Shown: positions 38,874 to 47,524 of the stretch, in pieces
Layout of the letters: the number at the start of each line of letters is the position of its first letter
Position numbering within the stretch: position 1 is the first letter of the stretch
Assembly (NCBI GenBank): GCA_964612055.1
Contig: CAZTBI010000002.1
Coordinates: 5,632-69,631, forward strand
DNA from: an uncultured Bdellovibrionales bacterium
GTDB lineage: Bacteria > Patescibacteriota > Minisyncoccia > Moranbacterales > UBA1568
Reading direction: 5' to 3'
DNA length: 64,000 bases
Notes under the pieces: model-generated
Told to the model about the DNA's origin: nothing
The model's database searches: none
Seen by the model: the letters and a program-made list of their open reading frames with translations, nothing else
Made by a program: the position numbers and the translations under genes

Positions 38874-39863
38874 TCAGAGATTGATTGGTATTTCTTTTAT
38901 ACCAAGTTCATTGAGCTTACCGTACACTTCTTGCGAAAATTCAGATGCCACTCCAAGAAATCCCTGCACTTTAGAGAGTGAGGCAATCTGTCCAATAGGA
39001 TCACTCTCGCCATCAATCTTTGTCTCATCCTTCAGTTGCATGGAGTACTTCACCATTTTGATCGCTTTCACATGAACATCAAGCATTTTTTCTGGAACCT
39101 CAACATCATTTATTTCCTCCAAAGTTTTCTCCCCTTTCTTTGAAAGCTCTTCCAGATATTTGGTATTCCCAAGAGTGATAGCTGAAAGTGATTCCGTACC
39201 AAGAGAAGTAAGCACGGAGCTCAAATCATTTTCATCATGAAATTTTTTCGGAGAATTGTTCGCCAAGATATACGCTATCACTGTCAGATATTCCACCGCA
39301 TCTTCTTTCTCTTGCTCCTCCCGCTTGCTCCCCTTCAAACTCTTTGAAAGATGCTTGATTTTGATGGTACTCATATCAACCTCAGGAAGAATAATCTCCT
39401 GATTTGATTGATCAAGAATACTTTGGACAGATTGATTGATATCCTCAAACGTTACCTCTCCATCCTGACCGAGGTTTTCGCCCTGTACCATACCTGCAAT
39501 CTGCTCCGAAACCTGATCCGTCAAGTTGGCCTCATTGGTCGTTGATGAAGTGTACGTTCTCGTATTTCCTGTTTCAGTCACGAGCTTATCACCAGGGGCG
39601 GGTTTCAATGGATCATATCCACTCTCCACTTCCACGCCATCCATATAGCTATCACCATCTGTATCCTTGTTGAGTGGATCAGTTTTATACAAAGTTTCTT
39701 CATCATTACTCAAACCATCTTGATCGGAGTCTTGAAAAATATTTTTTCCCGTGTCATCAGCAGAAACAAAAAAAGCCACACTCAAAAAGAGAAGGCTTGA
39801 AAAGAGAAAAAAAGAAACGCGTGCATTTCTCTCTGAAATACCTGACAGAAACTTTTGCAACAT
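38874..39863 (-). CDS. Secreted protein with thrombospondin type-3-like Ca-binding repeats
   Basis: DSDQDGLSNDEE..YKTDPLNKDTDGDSYMDGVEVESGYDPL after a signal/TM segment. Confidence 0.78.
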   Translation of the reverse strand: MLQKFLSGISERNARVSFFLFSSLLFLSVAFFVSADDTGKNIFQDSDQDGLSNDEETLYKTDPLNKDTDGDSYMDGVEVESGYDPLKPAPGDKLVTETGNTRTYTSSTTNEANLTDQVSEQIAGMVQGENLGQDGEVTFEDINQSVQSILDQSNQEIILPEVDMSTIKIKHLSKSLKGSKREEQEKEDAVEYLTVIAYILANNSPKKFHDENDLSSVLTSLGTESLSAITLGNTKYLEELSKKGEKTLEEINDVEVPEKMLDVHVKAIKMVKYSMQLKDETKIDGESDPIGQIASLSKVQGFLGVASEFSQEVYGKLNELGIKEIPINL

Positions 39864-40192
39864 ACAGACTATTTTTATTTTCCCCAATACACTCAATAAC
39901 TCCAAAGAAATTATACCATTCTTTTCTGACAATACAAATACTTTTTCGAAGATATTTTGACAAGTGCTGTTTGTTTTTTAAAACCCTTACTCGAAAGAAA
40001 TATCTCCTGCTCATATCGCTAAAAAACGATTCTTCCTCTCTTGTATATTTTTAAGAGTTCTCAAGGTTTCAAAAAGTTACTCCGGCATCTTACCCAATAC
40101 TGCAAGAGTGTTGTTTTCACTCAAAACCTACTCCAAAACATACTTAAGAGATACCCTTTCATAATAGATTTTATACTATAATATATAAAACA

Positions 40193-41956
40193 CTATTTGT
40201 CAATATTATATGAGAGAAGACGAGAAGAAGAGAAAAGACCAAGCATCAACCAGAAAAGTAGCTGCCCTTGCTGAATATCCCAGAGATAATGATCAAAAAG
40301 TGAAACTACTCCTAAAAATAAGATTACTGCCTCTAATAAGGCCTTCGTCCTCAAGCCACCTATTGTTCCACGTGGAACATTTTTCACTAAATCAGTTTCA
40401 TTATTTTTCAAATGTTCCACGTGGAACATTTTTTCTTGATCTGATTTAATAGATTCTCTATTGTTCCACGTGGAACATTTTTTCTTAATCCAGTTTAAGA
40501 AACCCCGGATTGTTCCACGTGGAACAATTATTAAGATAAGAAAAATAAGGAAGAGGAGGGCTCCGATAAGGCCGGTTTCAGAAAAAATAAGGAGGAAAAG
40601 GTTATGAACTGGCTGAAATTGCCATGGGAACAACTTTTCGGAGAAAAAGTCCTGCATAGCAAAAACCGATTGACCTATACCCTCTCCTTGAAACGGGTAT
40701 TCCTTTAGGATAAAAAAGGAGCCTTTTTCAAGAAATACCCTTTCTTTAAAGGGCTGGGTAAAGAAATATTGCCAATTTACCATTCCTAGAAATAACCCCA
40801 TGGTGATGGTTATGAGTAAAATCTTAGGGATGTTCCACGTGGAACATTTTTTTCGGAACCAACTAAAGAGGTCTTGAATTGTTCCACGTGGAACATTTTT
40901 TTCGGAACCAACTAAAGAGGTCTTGAATTGTTCCACGTGGAACATCTTGTATACAAAGTAACCTATAGCGAGTAGGAGTCCTAAAAAGGCCCCTTTCGAG
41001 AAAGTGAGCAAAAAGCCAGTAACCTGAATGCCCAGGACAAGCCTGTACAATAAGACTGATTGTTCCACGTGGAACAATTGATGATTTTTCCATACATTGT
41101 TCCACGTGGAACATTTTTCCTGAATCCAACTGAGAATATTTTGGATTGTTCCACGTGGAACATTTTGTGAAGAATCCTGATCAGTGCTTCTTAGTATAAG
41201 TAAATGTTCCACGTGGAACATTTTTCTACCAAAAATAAGCGGGTAAGCTACGGTGAAAAGAATAGTTATTCCAAAAAACCCACCTAGGATATTTGGGTGC
41301 GGGAATAAGCCATAAGCACGAATAAGGCTCTCTTCTGCTAAGATGATCTTTGCTACTCCAGTGCCACCAGATGAAAGGATACTTTCTTTCAAAAAACTCA
41401 ATCCGAGAGAGGATTGTGAGATAAATTGAAGGATAGCCAGTACTGACTGGAAAAAGCCTCCTATAATCAAAGAAACAAACGTTATGTGCCGAATGTTCCA
41501 CGTGGAACAATCTTGGTGCTTTAAGGAAATTGTTCCACGTGGAACAAAATAAAGCAGAAGGAAGATGTAGAGCAAATAACCTGCTAGGAGTCGTGAAAAG
41601 GAGTAAGCACCCAGTAAATGACTTTTTGACCAGAAAATGGAAAGCCCTGACCAGAGAAGAAATGGTAGAGGAGCAAAGAATAGCACTTTAAATTGTTCCA
41701 CGTGGAACAATTGTTTCCACCACAATATTGACAGGATAGTATTTCTATTCTCTAATATAAATACTATGAGGACACCAAGCAGAAGCATGTCTGATAGGTA
41801 GAGCGAGATGTCCGTGTATTCATTGAAACCACTGGTTCCGTCTGGAGAAAAAACAAAAAAGACTTTTCGAACAGAAAGGGGGAGGGTGAAGAGAAAAAGA
41901 AAGAAGGTGGCTTTCCCTAGTCTCTTTTCTTTCAGAAAAACAGCCGGAGCTATCAT
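40193..41956 (-). CDS. O-antigen ligase (Wzy_C/WaaL) family membrane protein carrying 14 internal parS palindromes
   Basis: RAYGLFPHPNILGG, LTFSKG, QPVHNLFLLIFSETG, FDHYLWD..QGQLLFW; loops contain FHVE / VPRGT / CSTWN repeats. Confidence 0.85.
   Translation of the reverse strand: MIAPAVFLKEKRLGKATFFLFLFTLPLSVRKVFFVFSPDGTSGFNEYTDISLYLSDMLLLGVLIVFILENRNTILSILWWKQLFHVEQFKVLFFAPLPFLLWSGLSIFWSKSHLLGAYSFSRLLAGYLLYIFLLLYFVPRGTISLKHQDCSTWNIRHITFVSLIIGGFFQSVLAILQFISQSSLGLSFLKESILSSGGTGVAKIILAEESLIRAYGLFPHPNILGGFFGITILFTVAYPLIFGRKMFHVEHLLILRSTDQDSSQNVPRGTIQNILSWIQEKCSTWNNVWKNHQLFHVEQSVLLYRLVLGIQVTGFLLTFSKGAFLGLLLAIGYFVYKMFHVEQFKTSLVGSEKNVPRGTIQDLFSWFRKKCSTWNIPKILLITITMGLFLGMVNWQYFFTQPFKERVFLEKGSFFILKEYPFQGEGIGQSVFAMQDFFSEKLFPWQFQPVHNLFLLIFSETGLIGALLFLIFLILIIVPRGTIRGFLNWIKKKCSTWNNRESIKSDQEKMFHVEHLKNNETDLVKNVPRGTIGGLRTKALLEAVILFLGVVSLFDHYLWDIQQGQLLFWLMLGLFSSSRLLSYNIDK
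40364..41709. repeat. parS: Array of 14 perfect parS palindromes TGTTCCACGTGGAACA
   Basis: Copies start at 40364, 40413, 40462, 40511, 40831, 40880, 40929, 41061, 41098, 41147, 41205, 41494, 41531, 41694; they match the ParB-binding consensus TGTTNCACGTGNAACA. Confidence 0.92.
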
Positions 41957-42060
41957 ACGGGAAGCATTATAGCTCTATTATAACGAATCTTTAGTTCTTT
42001 TGCACCTTAAGAAACATTGACGAAAGCCTAAAACTCAGTATGATGAGGAAGTAGCTTTTT

Positions 42061-42133
42061 GGGCCATTAGCTCATTTGGTAGAGCACTTCCATGGCATGG
42101 AAGGGGTGGCCGGTTCGAATCCGGCATGGTCCA
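42061..42133 (+). tRNA. tRNA-Ala(GGC)
   Basis: G3:U70 pair; CTTCC-ATGGCAT-GGAAG anticodon arm; TTGACG/TATGAT promoter upstream. Confidence 0.95.
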
Positions 42134-42180
42134 CATCGACGCATTCGAACGGGAGAGTGAGTATTCCGGCATGGTCCACA
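42120..42180 (+). repeat. 16-bp direct repeat of the tRNA-Ala 3' end around a 29-bp insert
   Basis: TCCGGCATGGTCCACA at 42120-42135 and 42165-42180. Confidence 0.85.
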
Positions 42181-42290
42181 CTCAAAATAAATACCCATTG
42201 TCCCCGAAAAGGGGATTTTTGTTTTACTTCGACTGTGACCATTGATACAATAGAAGAAACGTGATAGAGTTCACTCTTACCACGTCGGGA

Positions 42291-42362
42291 GCCCTTGTAG
42301 TTCAACGGATAGAACGACTCACTCCTAACGAGTAAACGTAGGTTCGACTCCTACCGAGGGCA
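42291..42362 (+). tRNA. tRNA-Arg(CCT)
   Basis: GCCCTTG/CGAGGGC acceptor stem, loop CTCCTAA; A31-C39 mismatch in the anticodon stem. Confidence 0.9.
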
Positions 42363-42407
42363 CACAAACAAGCCATTTTCATCACTTATACAGTGTTATC
42401 CCAACCT

Positions 42408-42743
42408 ATGTCATCAATGCGCATCACCAAAGTCAACGAGCAAATTCGAAAACTCTTAGGAGAGATCATGGAACGGGAACTTTCTCTCAAGCCCGGAGTT
42501 ATTATTACTATTGCCAAGGTTGACACTTCAAAAGATCTCCGCTATACTCGCATGTTCATTAGTGTTTTCCCAGAGAGCGAAACACGCTACGTCTCAGAGA
42601 CTCTAAAAAAAGAACTCTCGGGAATACAAAAGAACCTCTACGCCAAATTGTACATGCGACCGATGCCCAAACTTTCCTTCGAAATCGATACCACGGAGCA
42701 GGAAGCAGACAAAGTAGAGAAAATACTGAAGAGCCTTGATTAA
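42408..42743 (+). CDS. rbfA: Ribosome-binding factor A
   Basis: RITKVNEQIRK, VDTSKDLR, MRPMPKLSF.ID; followed by a DHH gene. Confidence 0.9.
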   Translation: MSSMRITKVNEQIRKLLGEIMERELSLKPGVIITIAKVDTSKDLRYTRMFISVFPESETRYVSETLKKELSGIQKNLYAKLYMRPMPKLSFEIDTTEQEADKVEKILKSLD

Positions 42744-42769
42744 AGCATTTTCTCGACTTATACACGGTT

Positions 42770-43729
42770 ATGCAACGTTTCGACAAAGAATTCCGAACGC
42801 TCGCCTACGTCATTTCCAAAGCGGAACGTATTCTTCTTTTTGCACACAGCCGTCCTGATCCAGATACCGTCGGTGCCAACCTCGCCCTCGAAGAGCACCT
42901 CCGTTCTCTGGGGAAAAAGGTTGATATTGCTTGCTTCAATCCCTTCCCGGATAGCCTCAAAGGATTGGCAGAAAAAACATTTCTTCATCCTGATCAACTC
43001 GATCTTCAAAAGTATGATGTTGTCATTGGAAGTGACAGCGTGGATCGCGGACTCGATACCGTCATGTCCCGTTTTCATGAAAAGCAAGTGATCATTCTGA
43101 TCGATCATCATCCAGATATAACTCTTACGGGCGATGTCGTCATTATCGATCCAGAATATTCTTCAACATCAGAACTGCTCTATCTTTTTTTCACCGCTAC
43201 TGATGCGCCTATTTCGAAATCCATGGCGACGATGCTTCTCATGGGCATCCTCTTTGATACTGGTGGCTTTCAGCACGGAGGAGTATCACCGCAAGTAATG
43301 GAGATCGCTTCCGAACTCATGAAAAAAGGAGCGCCACTTTCAAAAATCTCACAGACCATTTTCACCAACAAAAATATTGGTGCCATGAAGCTGTGGGGCA
43401 AGGCGTTTGAAAAAGCGAAATTCAATAAAGAAACCGGCATGCTTGTCACGGCGGTCACCCAAAAAGACATCGATGAGTGCGCTGCCTGTGCCGAAGATAT
43501 TTATCAGGTAGCTTCTATTCTCTCCACCGTCCCCGATGCGAAATTTGCGATGGTCCTTTCAGAACGTGATCACGTAACTGTCCGGGCATCACTTCGTTCT
43601 ATGGAACATCATGGTATTGATGTCTCTGCAATCGCTCATCAATTCGGCGGGGGAGGACACAAGCTCGCCAGTGGTTTCGAAGTACCGGGGAAAATTATTG
43701 AAACCAAAGAAGGTTTCAGTATTGCGTAA
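42770..43729 (+). CDS. nrnA: DHH/DHHA1 phosphoesterase (NrnA-like)
   Basis: HSRPDPD, IDHH, DTGGF, SLRS, GGGGHKLASG. Confidence 0.88.
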   Translation: MQRFDKEFRTLAYVISKAERILLFAHSRPDPDTVGANLALEEHLRSLGKKVDIACFNPFPDSLKGLAEKTFLHPDQLDLQKYDVVIGSDSVDRGLDTVMSRFHEKQVIILIDHHPDITLTGDVVIIDPEYSSTSELLYLFFTATDAPISKSMATMLLMGILFDTGGFQHGGVSPQVMEIASELMKKGAPLSKISQTIFTNKNIGAMKLWGKAFEKAKFNKETGMLVTAVTQKDIDECAACAEDIYQVASILSTVPDAKFAMVLSERDHVTVRASLRSMEHHGIDVSAIAHQFGGGGHKLASGFEVPGKIIETKEGFSIA

Positions 43730-43735
43730 TGTCGT

Positions 43736-44335
43736 ATGGAGAAACAAAAAAAATTAGAAGCGCTCAATATTCTCATGGCCGCTTCTTGCGCCTGTGCATT
43801 GAAAGATGAAGCAACGCAAGCCGTACCTGGAGATGGGAGCGCAGAAGCGGAAATCATGTTCATCGGAGAAGCGCCTGGAAAAAAAGAAGACGAGCTGGGC
43901 GTTCCCTTTGTCGGAGCTTCAGGAAAGTTTCTTTCCGAAATGCTCGCCACCATCAATTTGAAACGTGAAGACATCTACATCACCAACGTCGTAAAATATC
44001 GTCCGCCAAATAATCGTGATCCACTTCCAGAAGAAATTGATGCGTGTATGCCGTGGCTTCACGAACAAATAAAAATCATTCAGCCAAAAATTATTGTGAC
44101 GCTTGGTCGTCACGCCATGGAACACTTCATTTCCGGTAAAAAGATTTCCGAGATTCACGGTCAGACTTTTCGAAGAACGTTCGACGATATCGGTGAGCAA
44201 GTATTCTTTTCTTTGTACCATCCAGCCGCTGCCCTTTATAACGGCGGTATGCGTCAGACCCTTATAGAAGATTTCAAAAAGATTCCAAAGGTGATAGAAG
44301 AGATAAAGGAAGGGAATAAAAATCCGGTCTTGTGA
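43736..44335 (+). CDS. Uracil-DNA glycosylase, family 4
   Basis: IGEAPG..ED..G.PFVGASG, YITNVVKYRPP.NRDP, YHPAAALY. Confidence 0.9.
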   Translation: MEKQKKLEALNILMAASCACALKDEATQAVPGDGSAEAEIMFIGEAPGKKEDELGVPFVGASGKFLSEMLATINLKREDIYITNVVKYRPPNNRDPLPEEIDACMPWLHEQIKIIQPKIIVTLGRHAMEHFISGKKISEIHGQTFRRTFDDIGEQVFFSLYHPAAALYNGGMRQTLIEDFKKIPKVIEEIKEGNKNPVL

Positions 44336-44348
44336 CCGGATTTTTTTG

Positions 44349-44430
44349 TGGGCGAGGAGGGACTCGAACCCTCATGTCTTTTGGACACAACATTTTAAGT
44401 GTCGCGTGTATACCATTCCACCACTCGCCC
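44349..44430 (-). tRNA. tRNA-Leu(TAA)
   Basis: GGGCGAG acceptor stem, CGACA-CTTAAAA-TGTTG anticodon arm, long variable arm. Confidence 0.93.
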
Positions 44431-44444
44431 ATTTATAAATTTTC

Positions 44445-44918
44445 CTAACCTTTCTTTTTATTTCTTCCTCTATGTGTTGGTTTTAAACTATGACAATTTG
44501 GACAAAGAACTCTCAAATTTTCTAATCGATTATCATTTCTGTCACCGTTTATATGATCCAGCTCCAGAGGAATTCTTCCATCCTCTGAAACTTTTTTCCA
44601 GCCACATTCTTCACATTCTTTCTTTTTTATTTCCGCTCCAAAAAGTCGCTTCTTTAATTTAAAGCTCTGATAGCTTGAATTTTTAACAAGTATTTTTTCT
44701 AAAGTTTTCGGAGCTTTACGAGCAAATGGCATTCCCTTGCTCCAACCCATTCCTAAAAAATGACTCGTGTTGAGATTAAGTTGAGAGATTCTATTCTGAA
44801 TTTGAACATAATTTCCGCCTGCAGGAATAAGACCAAGAGCATAGATCACCTGTCGGACACTTCTTGATTCTTTAACGGCCTCTACAAGTTGCTTCTCTGT
44901 CCATTTACAACTCCTCAT
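44445..44918 (-). CDS. Free-standing HNH endonuclease between two tRNA genes
   Basis: CEECG...LELDHINGDRNDNRLENLRVLCPNCHS; visibly AT-rich. Confidence 0.9.
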   Translation of the reverse strand: MRSCKWTEKQLVEAVKESRSVRQVIYALGLIPAGGNYVQIQNRISQLNLNTSHFLGMGWSKGMPFARKAPKTLEKILVKNSSYQSFKLKKRLFGAEIKKKECEECGWKKVSEDGRIPLELDHINGDRNDNRLENLRVLCPNCHSLKPTHRGRNKKKG

Positions 44919-44981
44919 ATGGTACACTATCACTTATATCTTTAAGTATACCATTAAAAATCTTGATTTCAAATAACCTAG

Positions 44982-45052
44982 AGGTCGCGTCCGGAGTCGA
45001 ACCGGACTAAAGGGATTTGCAGTCCCGTGCCTAACCGATCGGCCACGCGACC
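44982..45052 (-). tRNA. tRNA-Cys(GCA)
   Basis: GGTCGCG acceptor stem, GGGA-CTGCAAA-TCCC anticodon arm, U73. Confidence 0.93.
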
Positions 45053-45171
45053 ATTGTGCTTTTCAGTACTTCCAAAGCCTACCAAATAGGCAAGAGAGCG
45101 TCAATAAAATTAAAAGGCGCACTCCGGAATCCAGGTGCGCCCATCGAGTCTTCATACGGGATCGAGCAGAC

Positions 45172-45483
45172 CTAGACCTGTCTCTTTACAAGGAGAAAGG
45201 TCGTGGTACAGACATCACTCGAGCCGCGGCGTTCTCGCAGCTTCGTGAGCGATACCGCTTCATACCCACGCAATTTGCAAATGGCATTCAGAATGGCGAC
45301 ACTTTCGCTTGCCATCAAAGCCTCCACCGACACGATACCTTGCTCGTCACAGAACTTGTTCAGTCCGTCTTGGTCCATGTTGAGATCAAGTTTCGCGTCC
45401 TCAGCACGAAGCCATAGGTTAGAGTGGTGTTGCGACATATCGAGCTCGTGGCTCGATACCAAAGTCAATGTTGCATAAGTCAC
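45172..45483 (-). CDS. Small orphan hypothetical protein
   Basis: GAGAGGA SD-like motif before GTG 45483; downstream hairpin and U-run. Start uncertain. Confidence 0.5.
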   Translation of the reverse strand: MTYATLTLVSSHELDMSQHHSNLWLRAEDAKLDLNMDQDGLNKFCDEQGIVSVEALMASESVAILNAICKLRGYEAVSLTKLRERRGSSDVCTTTFLLVKRQV

Positions 45484-45597
45484 TGTAAGGTATCCTCTCA
45501 AAAAAGTTAATGAGCCTGAATCCTCTGTAAAGCTTTCAAATCTAAGACTTGTCAACTTTATGGAAGAGGGGAGCCGAAGCTCCCCGTTCCGCTACTC

Positions 45598-46155
45598 TTA
45601 CTGTACTATCTCTGCAGTCAGGTTCTGACGACCAAAGGCGAAAGCTTCTGACTTGGTTTCGACATAGATGTCGATGTGGTTACCCTTGATAGCACCACCA
45701 CGGTCTTCACAACGGTACTCACCCATACCTTCGATAGCAATCTTGGTACCAAAGGGGAGGGCTGGAGGACAGGCCAAGGTACGTTTTTCTTGTACCTTCA
45801 AACCTGAAGCCGTAATACCATCCGACTTACCACATTCATCAGCCGCAGCCGTATAGGCAGAAGCATTGATGGTAAAAGGGTCAGTCGGGAGATTCTTCCA
45901 CAGATGAGCCTGCTTTTCTTTCCAACGGGCAAGCATTTTCTCATCTTTGCTCATTTCGGTTACTGGCGTCGCTACCTGCTTGTCCTTGTCCTCAAGGATA
46001 AATGTCCATTCGAGGAGGTACGGATCGTTCTGGTAGCTATAATCAGTGTTCGAAAAAAGCTCATTTTCGTTTGAAGCAGCCTGTACGGTATCAATCTGGG
46101 AAAGAGCACTCACTAATACGATTATCGCGAAAAGAAAGTCTTTTCGTGCACCCAT
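45598..46155 (-). CDS. Secreted 3D-domain (MltA/YocH-like) protein
   Basis: Signal peptide; ASAYT...GITASG...LPFGTKI.IEG.G...EDRGGAIKGNHIDIY. Confidence 0.9.
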   Translation of the reverse strand: MGARKDFLFAIIVLVSALSQIDTVQAASNENELFSNTDYSYQNDPYLLEWTFILEDKDKQVATPVTEMSKDEKMLARWKEKQAHLWKNLPTDPFTINASAYTAAADECGKSDGITASGLKVQEKRTLACPPALPFGTKIAIEGMGEYRCEDRGGAIKGNHIDIYVETKSEAFAFGRQNLTAEIVQ

Positions 46156-46340
46156 AGTATGTTCTTAGGATAAGCCGTGGCCCTCGGAAGGGTGACGGGC
46201 TAGCTCGTAAGCCAACTGAGCATATTAGCACATTTTTGTATTTTAGTCAATGCTATTATCTGAACTTGTGGCTTATATAAAGCAAAAAGCTCATTTTTTA
46301 ATGAGGATTTTGGCTTATTTTAGGGAAAAGTATGGAAATT

Positions 46341-46967
46341 TTAGGTACCCGGGTCAGAACGATCCCACTCCTTCAACTGACCAGCCCGACGCTCTAGAGG
46401 CGAAGCTTTGCGAAGGGATTTTTCTTGACCTTTGGGAATGAGGGGGTAGTGCTTAGATTCATCGAGGGCCAGGGCGATATCCCAGAGATGCTTCTCTGAG
46501 GTAATCCAATCCGTTCCGAAGCGTTTCAGCGAAAATGGCCGAGAATAGCTCCGAAGCGTCTTTTCTCCGGTACTGACCAACACATATTCATGAAAATACG
46601 ACAGGGCGAGTTCTCTTAAAGTGCGATAAATAGGGTCACGATAGCGGAGCACAGGGTGATTACTCTTACTGATCGCGCCCCAGTAACCATTGTGTTTAAA
46701 AGGGACAATCACATGATCAAAGTCTGGCGACTTTGCTTTCAAGTCGAGAAGGAGCGGCTTTTCTCCATGAAGCCACAAAGCCGTGGCAGCGATAAAAGCG
46801 CCTTCTATGCAATGAGCTCGGCCTTTGCGGAGCGCCATACGAGGAGAAGAACAGGAGTCACTGTACCGAGAGAGATTACTCGGAAAGGCATCGAGGAAGT
46901 CCTGGATCTTCTCTGGAGTATCAAGTTTCTTCAAAACTGCTAGTTCTTCTTTAGAAAGACCAAGCAT
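46341..46967 (-). CDS. Conserved hypothetical protein, possibly transglutaminase/Cys-protease fold
   Basis: L.TPEKIQDFL, AHCIEGA, DHV, WGAISKSN, SYFHEY. Confidence 0.7.
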   Translation of the reverse strand: MLGLSKEELAVLKKLDTPEKIQDFLDAFPSNLSRYSDSCSSPRMALRKGRAHCIEGAFIAATALWLHGEKPLLLDLKAKSPDFDHVIVPFKHNGYWGAISKSNHPVLRYRDPIYRTLRELALSYFHEYVLVSTGEKTLRSYSRPFSLKRFGTDWITSEKHLWDIALALDESKHYPLIPKGQEKSLRKASPLERRAGQLKEWDRSDPGT

Positions 46968-46971
46968 AGAA

Positions 46972-47430
46972 TTAGACCGCGTCAGAGAGACTGCGCTTTC
47001 CTTCTTTCACCAACGAAAGTGAAAGGAAAAAGATAGAGATGATAATGAGGGTACAGATAAAGCACAGGAGACAAAAGGCTTTGATGAAAAAGATTTCACG
47101 ATAGATGATAAAACCATTGAAACACATACCGAGAAATGACAGGGTGGCGAGGATTTTCGCCTGCACATACGACTGATGCTTGTAGCCATACCAAGCCAGG
47201 CCGAGGAGTATCGGATAGACCACGAGCGCTACCCAGGGGAAAGGAATACCAAAGACATTCGAAAGAGGATGACGCAGCACTTCGCTACAGGAGTTGAATT
47301 TTGAAAAATCACAAAGCGAGGTCAGTCCCAATGGATCAACATAGCGGAAATAATAGGCTTTGTAGCTCAGATACGCGGCGTTGACCAGGGCTATGGCCGC
47401 TAAAATAATAATGGTGCGGTACTTTTTCAT
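46972..47430 (-). CDS. Vitamin K epoxide reductase (VKOR) family protein
   Basis: CD......C..VL, FGIP, C-terminal CxxC (FCLLC) within a TM helix. Confidence 0.9.
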   Translation of the reverse strand: MKKYRTIIILAAIALVNAAYLSYKAYYFRYVDPLGLTSLCDFSKFNSCSEVLRHPLSNVFGIPFPWVALVVYPILLGLAWYGYKHQSYVQAKILATLSFLGMCFNGFIIYREIFFIKAFCLLCFICTLIIISIFFLSLSLVKEGKRSLSDAV

Positions 47431-47524
47431 AAGGTAACATTAGCAATTCCTTTTGTAGTCTATCATATTTTCATAACAAAAAAGAAAAACTGCCGGCCGG
47501 AATTCCGACAGGCAGTCGTGAACA

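Noticed and set aside
39864-40192. AT-rich gap next to the parS array as oriC
   Set aside because: No DnaA-box cluster seen and no dnaA/dnaN in the window.
40863-41510. Short alternative-frame ORFs over the parS clusters
   Set aside because: Explained by the stop-free palindrome and duplicated spacers; no independent evidence of coding.
40364-41709. CRISPR array interpretation of the regularly spaced repeats
   Set aside because: The repeat is only 16 bp, perfectly palindromic and matches parS; spacers are related to each other; it lies inside an ORF; no cas genes in the window.
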